The notes below the pieces were generated by a model. That model made no database searches, was not told the DNA's origin, and saw only the letters and a program-made list of their open reading frames with translations. A stretch of DNA of 64,000 bases from Squalus acanthias (taxonomy: Eukaryota). The stretch is from NCBI GenBank assembly GCA_030390025.1, contig CM059427.1, positions 188,170,001 through 188,234,000 on the forward strand, given 5' to 3'. The position numbers were made by a program, and so were the translations under genes. Below are positions 13,201 to 22,200 of this stretch, one piece after another; the stretch's first letter is position 1; each line of letters begins with the position of its first letter.

Positions 13201-16200
13201 TCTTTGAAGGCGGACTATAAAAAGCCTTTTGTGAGACAAGGCCAGAAATTAATTGTTAAACTGCTTTATCTCACAGCGAGTGATAAATAATGAACACGAT
13301 ACACTTTCCCACACCAGTGGGTCAACGATTGATTTAAACAATTGGGCTAGAAAGTTGTCGGTGTCACCGCAACTGGAGTTAACGGCTGCTGAAAATGGCC
13401 GCAACGCTAATGAGAATAAATTCATCTGGGGGGCTGGAGATTGGTGGCGCAGCACTAACCTTCCGTGCAGCGCCCCCTGTTGGTGTGAGTGGAGACCTGC
13501 AAGGTGAAGTTCCCGTCCTTCGCACCGCCTCTGGGAGCGAGGAATTGTGGGCCATTAAAAGGGCTGTGAACTAAAGGGACCATGCACTCAGAATTAATAC
13601 AATTTAAAATGCAGTGAAAAAAATGCAATTTTCAGCCCTTACTGCCTGTCAAAAAATATATATAACATTAAAAAGAAGTCCCAAATGTGATTGTTCAGCT
13701 CTTAAAGCTGAATTCCCTTCCGAACCTCAAAAAATAGGAAATCTGCTTCAGCACTAACACAAATGGCTCAGCAAGCCAGGGAAGGGGCACCCAGCATCTT
13801 GCACATATGGGATTTCAGAACATCTGTATCTCAGCAGCTGTATAAATCTAACACCTTGTTTCCTGTCTCTCTATTTCAGATTTACGCAATAAGAGTTACA
13901 CACTTTATCGGTCAGGCACAGATCACAGTGAACTCTCCCTGATTTGTGAAGCTGAATCTGAGATCATTAAAACTAACTGGACTTGGCGGTCACGTCATTT
14001 TCAGAATCAAGAGAAAGAAATAGCTTCTACATTCAGATCCAAGCCTATCGAAGTAAACAGGACCTACTTTGGGAGTCGACTGGTGCCCACAGTGGGAAAT
14101 TTTAATGACAAGAGCTTCCGTGTGAGGATTGTCCCCGTACTGTTTGAAGATGCAGGAGTTTACACTTGTTCTCTGGGGTTATTGAATTATGTGACCATTA
14201 AACTAATCACAGTTAAAGGTAGGAGACAGAATGCTGCAGTTGTTTTCAATGATAAAGTTGTGTAGAGTTTCCACTTTGGGCACAATCGGCGATTTTGGCA
14301 CAAATTGTGCCCAAAACTGCGCCTGTTTTGAAAAGTGTTTCCCCCCCACCCCCCGAGGTTCCACTCAAACTCATTTGCATATCACCAAACACGAAATCTG
14401 CCCTGAACCAGTGCAATTGGACAGTGATTTAAAACGTAATTTCTTTCTGCTAATTTTGCTTTAAAAAATATTCTAGGCTACATTTAAGAATGGTAACTTG
14501 GAGCAGTTTGCTTAATACAGCTGAAAGTGGGTTTATCACAAAAAATGAGCATTTTAAATCACAGTATCAATCCGCCACCTGTTAGTCGATTTTAAATGTC
14601 TGAAAATGACACAAAGAAATATACAGAACTGTTTTCTGGTTAGATTGGGGCACAGTAGTCCGTTCCTTAGTAATTTAAAAAAAATTATTTCAAAAATCTT
14701 TCAAAACGTGCGTATTCGTGTCCTCACGACCAAAAGATCCAGCTTCATTTTTGGAGCCTCCTCTTCGGCCTGCAAACGGGCGCAATTAGTGGAAACTCCC
14801 GATGGTGATTCGGTCACCCTGTGGGCGGGGCTAGTTTTGTGGGCAGGGCCAGTTTTGTGGGCAGGGCCAGTTTTGTGGGCATGACCAGTTTTGTGGGCGG
14901 GGCTAGTTTTGTGGGCATGACCAGTTTTGTGGGCGGGGCCAGTTTTGTGGGCATGACCAGTTTTGTGGGCGGGGCTAGTTTTGTGGGCAGGGCCAGTTTT
15001 GTGGGCATGACCAGTGTTGTGGGCGGGGCCAGTTGTGTGGGCAGGGCCTGTTTTGCAGGCGAGGCCTGCTTCTAGCGAGATGTCTTTTAAACTAGTGGAA
15101 AATTTCGCGGAAAATCGAGTTGCACTGAACGCATTTTGCGCTTAAAATTCCGCTATCGTTTGCGTTGGTTACGCCGATATCGGGCGAATTGTACCGAAAA
15201 AAACAACGCAATGGGGTGGAAACTCCAGGACATTGTTTAAAATCTAAATGATTTTCTTGTTTCCACAGTCACAGCTGAACCATCTGATGCAGTGACTGAG
15301 GGAGACACCGTTACCCTGACCTGCTCTGTCTCTGATGTCACTGAATCAATGAGACTTGTTTGGATCAATAGTGATGGCAAAACTGTTGGAGAAAAAACAT
15401 TGAATGGACAGAATGAGGAAGAGAAATCATTGAGACTGATTATTCAGAAAGCTGACAGAGGCAGAGGGAACTGGATATGCGCTTTGTTTTATCAAAACAG
15501 GCTCCGGGTTTTAGTCCCGTACTATCTGGAGCCCAGTGGTAAGTGACCCAGGATTTGCTCTTTATATTTATAATCTTGATAGAAAATTCTTATCACTTAT
15601 TGTTCTTGTTGCCAGAAGTAGCCCCTCCTTTATATCCTGTGTGTGAGGCTCTACAGTGGGGCAGAGCCTCAGAAAATCTACCCTGAGATAAATACTGTGG
15701 CTACAAGGGCAGGTCAGATGCTGGGGATTCAGCGACGAAGTGACTCACCTCCTGACTCCCCAAAGCCTTTCCACCAACTACAAAGCACAAGTCAGGAGTG
15801 TTATGGAATCCTCTCCACTTGCCTGGATGAGTGCAGCTCCAACAGCACTCAAGAAGCAAAGCTTCAAATTCAGAATTCCCATGTGGGCTCCCTGCACACC
15901 AACCCTGTCCAGCAACATCACCTGCTCTCTACATCCTGTTAAATAACATGAATTCTCAACAACACTCAAGATGCTCAACATCACCCGGGACAAAGCAGTC
16001 CGCTTTATTGGCAGCCCCTCCACCACCTCCACCACCGGCGCAACGTGACTGTAGTGGGGACCATTTACAAGATGCACTGAAGCAAATCACCAAGGCTTCT
16101 TCAACAGCACCTCCCAAACACACAAACTCTACCACCTAGAAGGACAAGGGCAGCAGGTTATTGGGAACACCATGACCTTCATATTTCCCTCCAAGTCACA

Positions 16201-19200
16201 CACAATCCTTACTTGGAAATATATCGCTGTTCCTTCATTGTCGCTGGGTCAAAATCCTGGAACTCGCTACCTAACAGCACCGGGGGAGTATATTCACTAC
16301 ACGGACTGCACAGGTTCAAGTAGGCGTCTCACCACCACCTTCTCAAGGGCAATTAGGGATGGGCAATAAATGCTGGTCCTGCCAGCGACGCCCACATCCC
16401 GTGAATGACAAAAAATACTCAGCACAGCCTGGGATTGAGCTTGGAACGTACCTGGTCTGTGTCTCAACTACACTCTTGGTAAACAGACTGAGACAGGGCA
16501 AGTTTTTTTGACAGCAGAGTGGTACAGAAGCCGTTTCGATTGATTTTCTGACCCAGAATTGATCAGAATACTGAGACAGAATGCAAAAAAAATCACAGCA
16601 AAAAGTCATTCTCAGCTGCAGAAATTGCAATTGAATCTCCCCACTATTCAGGCTCAGAGAAACTCTTCTTCTCTGCCTGTCTCAGCTGATCCTGGAAACA
16701 TCGGAGCCTCATCACTCTCATTCTAACTGAGGGCTCGTGCATTGTGAGCACAAAAGCAGGAAACTCGAGGCTCTGGGTGGCCTCCTGAAACAGGCTTTAG
16801 GCGTCTTGTACATGCAATTCTGGGTCCTAACGCCAACTGGAGGACCCCGATTGAAATTGGTGTACAGATGGGCGGAGCTTATGCCGGGCCAGCTCCAGCT
16901 CACTGTGCCAGGTTTTGAGTGGATGAACCACTGGTGTTTAACAGGACCGTTGGAGGCCACTCAAGAAATGGCCGGAAAACCTTTTAACAGTTGCATTTCT
17001 GTGGAGCCAGGCAGAGATGGAGTGCTTCTCCTGGCTCCACAATAATACTGCAGCCTGGGTTCGACCTCCACACAATGTTTGTGCCGGATTCTCACACGGG
17101 TCTTGTGATTCACTGAGCAGTGGGAATTCCTACAGAGTATCCGTGATCGGCCCCAGACAGCAATTCACCACCTCAACAGCACCTGTCCACGCACTGAGTG
17201 TTAATAATAGGCTCAGCAATATTACAAGGCAAGGTTTCACACCGAGCAGCACAGTGCGTGGATCCTGCGTTAGCTCCCACACTAGAAACCCCGCCAGAGG
17301 AACTTGGGGTCGATGTGAACTATCGGGTGTCTGACCGGCGGAGCGGGAGGGCGATGGACGGCCGCCCGATGGTGCTGACGGCAGGCCCGGTCCATGTTGA
17401 TGGACGGGCCTCATTAGCATCACACCGGCAGGCCTTGGGCAGAAATCGATGGGCCTACCGCCTGACTCCGGCCGCCCAGCGCTAGGCCCGGGAGACGATC
17501 GCCGCGGCAACAGTGACTGCAGGAATGGGGGGAAGGGGGTCTGAGCCATTCCTGGCCATTTTCCGGGACATCATCATTCTGATTCCACCAGCCGGGAGGC
17601 CTCAAAATTCAACCACTCACTCCCTGAACAGTGGGATTATAGGTCATTGAATACAATGGTACATTGAGGCTTGCAAACCAGATATTAGAGAAGACAATGA
17701 CATTGATATGGAGAGTAAACTAAAGACAAATGATTCAGGGATAACATGGAAGATCACATTCAATGTTCTGTTTAATAGTTTAAAATTAGGTTTGATAATC
17801 TTGACCATGATCAATGCCATGGGAGATGACCCAGTCGATCATAATTATACTGGACGTCTGTCTACTGATGAAATTGTCCATTTATATCAAGTACTTACCT
17901 CATCTAGTGTTACAATATTATATTAATTAAGATTTTGAAATAAAATATTAAATTAAATGTACCGTAGATAAACATTACAACAATGCACGAAACTTTGAAA
18001 AACATGCATACTAACACTGTGAAACATTAATAGTTTCAACAAAATTGCACTTTGTCAAAATAGGTGTTTTTTAAGTGAATTCCAGTTACAGATCTGTGGC
18101 TGTCTCACACCTTGATGGTTAATGTCTCCCCAGACAGCAAAGCCGAGATTGGGAACTCACCACCTGGGAGGTAGATAAACAATGGCAAGCATTTAAAGAT
18201 AGAATGATAAAATTGCAAAATTTGTTTATACCAATCTGGCATAAAAGGAAATCTAAAAAGGTGACTCAACCGTGGATAACAGGGGAAATTAGAGAAAGCA
18301 TAAAATCCAAAGATAGGGCGTATAAAATAGCCAAAAAAAGCGCCAGAGCGGAAGATTGGGAACAGTTTAAGATAGAGCAAAGGAAGACAAAGGGCTTAAT
18401 CAAGAGGGGCAAAATAGCTTACGAAAGCAAGCTGGCGGAAAATATAAAAACTAACTCCAAAAGCTTTTATAAGTATATCAAGAGGAAAAGACTGGTGAAA
18501 ACCAAAGTTGGTCCATTGCAGTCAGATACGGGGGAATATATAATGGGAAATAAGGAAATGGCAGACCAACTAAATGCATACTTTGGGTCAGTCTTTACGA
18601 AGGAAGACACAAAAAACCTCCCTGGGATATCGGGAAAAATAGGGACATTGGCAAAGGAGGAACTGATGCAAATCAATATCTCTAAGGATATGGTGTTAAG
18701 GAAGCTAAAGGGATTGAAGGCGGACAAATCCCCAGGGCCTGATAACATGCATCCTAGGGTACTGAAGGAGGTGGCACTAGAGATAGCGGATGCACTAAGT
18801 ATGATTTTTCAGAATTCATTAGACTCGGGAACGGTGCCCATGGATTGGAGGGTAGCTAACGTTACCCCACTATTCAAAAAGGGGGGTAGGGAAAAAGCAG
18901 GTAATTACAGACCTGTAAGCCTTACATCAGTTGTGGGCAAAATGCTGGAGTCCATCATTAAGGATGAAATAGCGGAGCACTTAGCAAATGGGGACAGGAT
19001 AGGACAGAGTCAACATGGATTTACAAAGGGTAAATCGTGCTTGACTAACCTATTGGAATTTTTTGAGGGAGTAACTGGTAAAATAGATGAGGGAGAGTCA
19101 GTGGATGTGGTGTACCTGGACTTCCAAAAGGCCTTCGATAAGGTCCCACATAAAAGATTAGCATGGAAAATTGAAGCTCATGGGATAAAGGGGCAAGTAT

Positions 19201-22200
19201 TGACGTGGATAGAGAACTGGCTGTCAGATAGAAAACAGAGAGTTGGAATAAACGGCTCATTTTCTGAATGGCAGGCAGTAACAAGCGGGGTACCACAGGG
19301 ATCTGTCCTGGGTCCCCAGCTGTTCACAATTTACATTAATGACCTGGATCAGGGAGTCGGATGCAGCATTTCCAAATTTGCAGACGACACCAAACTAGGA
19401 GGGGGGGTGGGCTCAGAGGAGGAGATCAGGAAGCTCCAGAGCGATTTGGACAGACTGGGTGATTGGGCGGATAAATGGCAGATGCACTATAATGTGGACA
19501 AGTGCGAAGTTATCCACCTTGGGTGCAGGAACGGGAGGGCAAATTATTATTTAAATGGCAATAAATTGGGAGAGGGGGAAGTACAGAGAGACCTGGGTGT
19601 TCTTGTACACCAGTCACTGAAGGCGAGCATGCAGGTGCAACAGGCGGTCAAGAAGGCAAACGGTATGCTGGCCTTCATAGCAAAAGGGTTGGAATACAGG
19701 AACAGGGATACCTTGCTGCAGCTGTACAGGGCACTGGTGAGACCACACCTCGAGTACTGTGTACAGTTTTGGTCGCCTCATCTGAGGAAAGATGTTCTTG
19801 CCATGGAGGGGGTGCAGCGGCGATTCACCAGGCTGATACCAGGAATGGCGGGATTGACCTATGAGGAGAGACTATGTAGTTTAGGGATGTACACACTGGA
19901 GTTTAGAAGATTGAGAGGGGACCTCATAGAAGTGTATAAAATTCTGACAGGTCTAGACAGACTAGATGCAGAAGGAATGTTTCCCTTGGCGGGTGAGAAC
20001 AGAACTAGAGGACATAATTTAAGGATAAGGGCTAAACCATTTAGGACAGAAATGAGGGGAAATTTCTTCACTCAGAGAGTGGTGAACCTGTGGAACTCAT
20101 TGCCACAGAGGGCAGTGTACGCCAGCTCATTAAATATATTTAAGAGGGAATTAGATATATTTCTACAGGCAAAAGGGGTTAAGGGTTACGGAGAGAAGGC
20201 GGGGACGGGATACTGAATTGGAGGATCAGCCATGATCACATTAAATGGCGGAGCAGGCTCGAAGGGCCGGATGGCCTACTCCTGCTCCTATCTTCTATGT
20301 ATCTATGTATCTATGAATCTCAGGTGTGAATCTGTATTCTGCCACTCTGGTCAGGACAACACTTTCACATCCAGTTTGCCAGTTTAGATAATGAATGACC
20401 CAATTTTGAGTTTAGAGTCTATACAGCACAGAAAAAGGCCCTTCAGCCCATCGTGTCTGCGCCGGCCATCAATCCCTGTCTATTCTAATCCCATTTTCCA
20501 GCAATTGGTCCATAGCCTTGTATGCTATGGCGTTTCAAGTGCTCATCTAAATGCTTCTTGAATGTTATGAGGGTTCCTGCCTCTACCACCCTCTCAGGCA
20601 GTGAGTTGCAGAAAATAACCACCCTCTGGGTGAAAAAGTTTTTCCTCAAATCCCCTCTAAACCTCCTGCCCCTTATCTTGAAACTATGCCCCCTGGTTAT
20701 TGACCCCTCTACTAAGGGGAAAAGTTCCTTTCTCTCTACCCTATCTATGCCCCTCATAATTTTGTACACCTTAATCAGGTCCCCCCTCAGCCTTCTCTGC
20801 TCTAAGGAAAACAACCCCAGCCTGTCCAGTCTCTCTTCCTAGCTGAAGCGCTCCAGCCCAGGTAACATCCTGGTTAATCTCCTCTGCACCCTCTCCAATG
20901 CAATCACATCCTTTCTATAGTGTGGCGACCAGAACTGCACACAGTATTCCAGCTGTGGCCTAACTAGCGTTTTGTACAGATCCATCATATCCTCCCTGCT
21001 CTTATATTCTATGCCTCGGCTAATGAAGGCAAGTATCCCATATGCCTTTTTAACCACCTTATCTACCTGTCCTGCTGCCTTCAGGGATCTATGTACATGC
21101 ACACCAAGGTCCCTCTGATCCTCTGTCCTTCCTAGGGTCCTACCATTCATTGTGTATTCCTTGCCTTGTTAGTCCTCCCAAAATGCATCACCTCACACTT
21201 TTCAGGGTTAAATTCCATTTGCCACTGTTCTGCCCATCTAACCAACCCGTCTATATCGTCCTGTAGCCTAAGGCGTCCCTCCTCGCTATTTACCACTCCA
21301 CCAATTTTTGTGTCATCTGCGAACTTACTGATCATACCTCCTACATTCATATCTAAATCATCAATGTACACTACAAACAGCAAAGGACCCAGCACCGATC
21401 CCTGCAGTAAACCACTGGACACAGGCTTCCAGTCACAAAAACAACCTTCGATCATCATCCTCTGCCTTCTGCCACTAAGCCTATTTTGGATCAAATGTGC
21501 CAAATTGCCCTGGATTCCATGGGCTCTTACCTTCTTGACCAGTCTCCCATGTGGGACTTTGTCAAAAGCCTTACTGAAGTCCATGTAGACTTATTCAACT
21601 GCAGCACCCTCATCCACACACCTAGTCACCCCCTTGAAAAATTCAATCAAATTGGTGAGACATGATCTCCCCCTGACAAAGCCATGCTGACCATCCCTGA
21701 TGAATCCCTGCCTCTCCAAGTGGAGACTAATTCTGTCCCTCAGAATTTTTTCCAATAATTTCCCTACTGATGTTAGGCTCATTGTCCTGTAATTCCCTGG
21801 TTTATCTCTACTACCCTTCTTGAACAATGGTACTATGTTAGCTGTTCTCCAGTCCTCTGGCACCTCCCCTGTGGCCAGAGCGGTTAGGAAAATTTGTGTC
21901 AGAACCCCTGCAATCTCCTCCCTTGCCTCACACAGCAGCCTAGGATACATCTCGCCTGGGCCTGGGGATTTATCTACTTTTAAGCCCGCTAAAACCGTTA
22001 GTACTTCATCCCTCTTAATATTATTTTGTTCAAGTATATCACAATCCCCCTGCCTGATTTCTATGCCTACATCGTCCTTCTCCATAGTGAACACAGATGC
22101 AAAATATTCATTTAAAACCTCAACTACATCTTCCGGCTCCACACACAGATTGCCACTTTGGTCCCTAATGGGCCCTACTCTTTCCCTGGTTATCATCTTG

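Noticed and set aside
14606-15075. Repetitive ORFs (PTKLA / ASFVG)
   Set aside because: Artefacts of a stop-free 18-bp tandem repeat inside a MITE.
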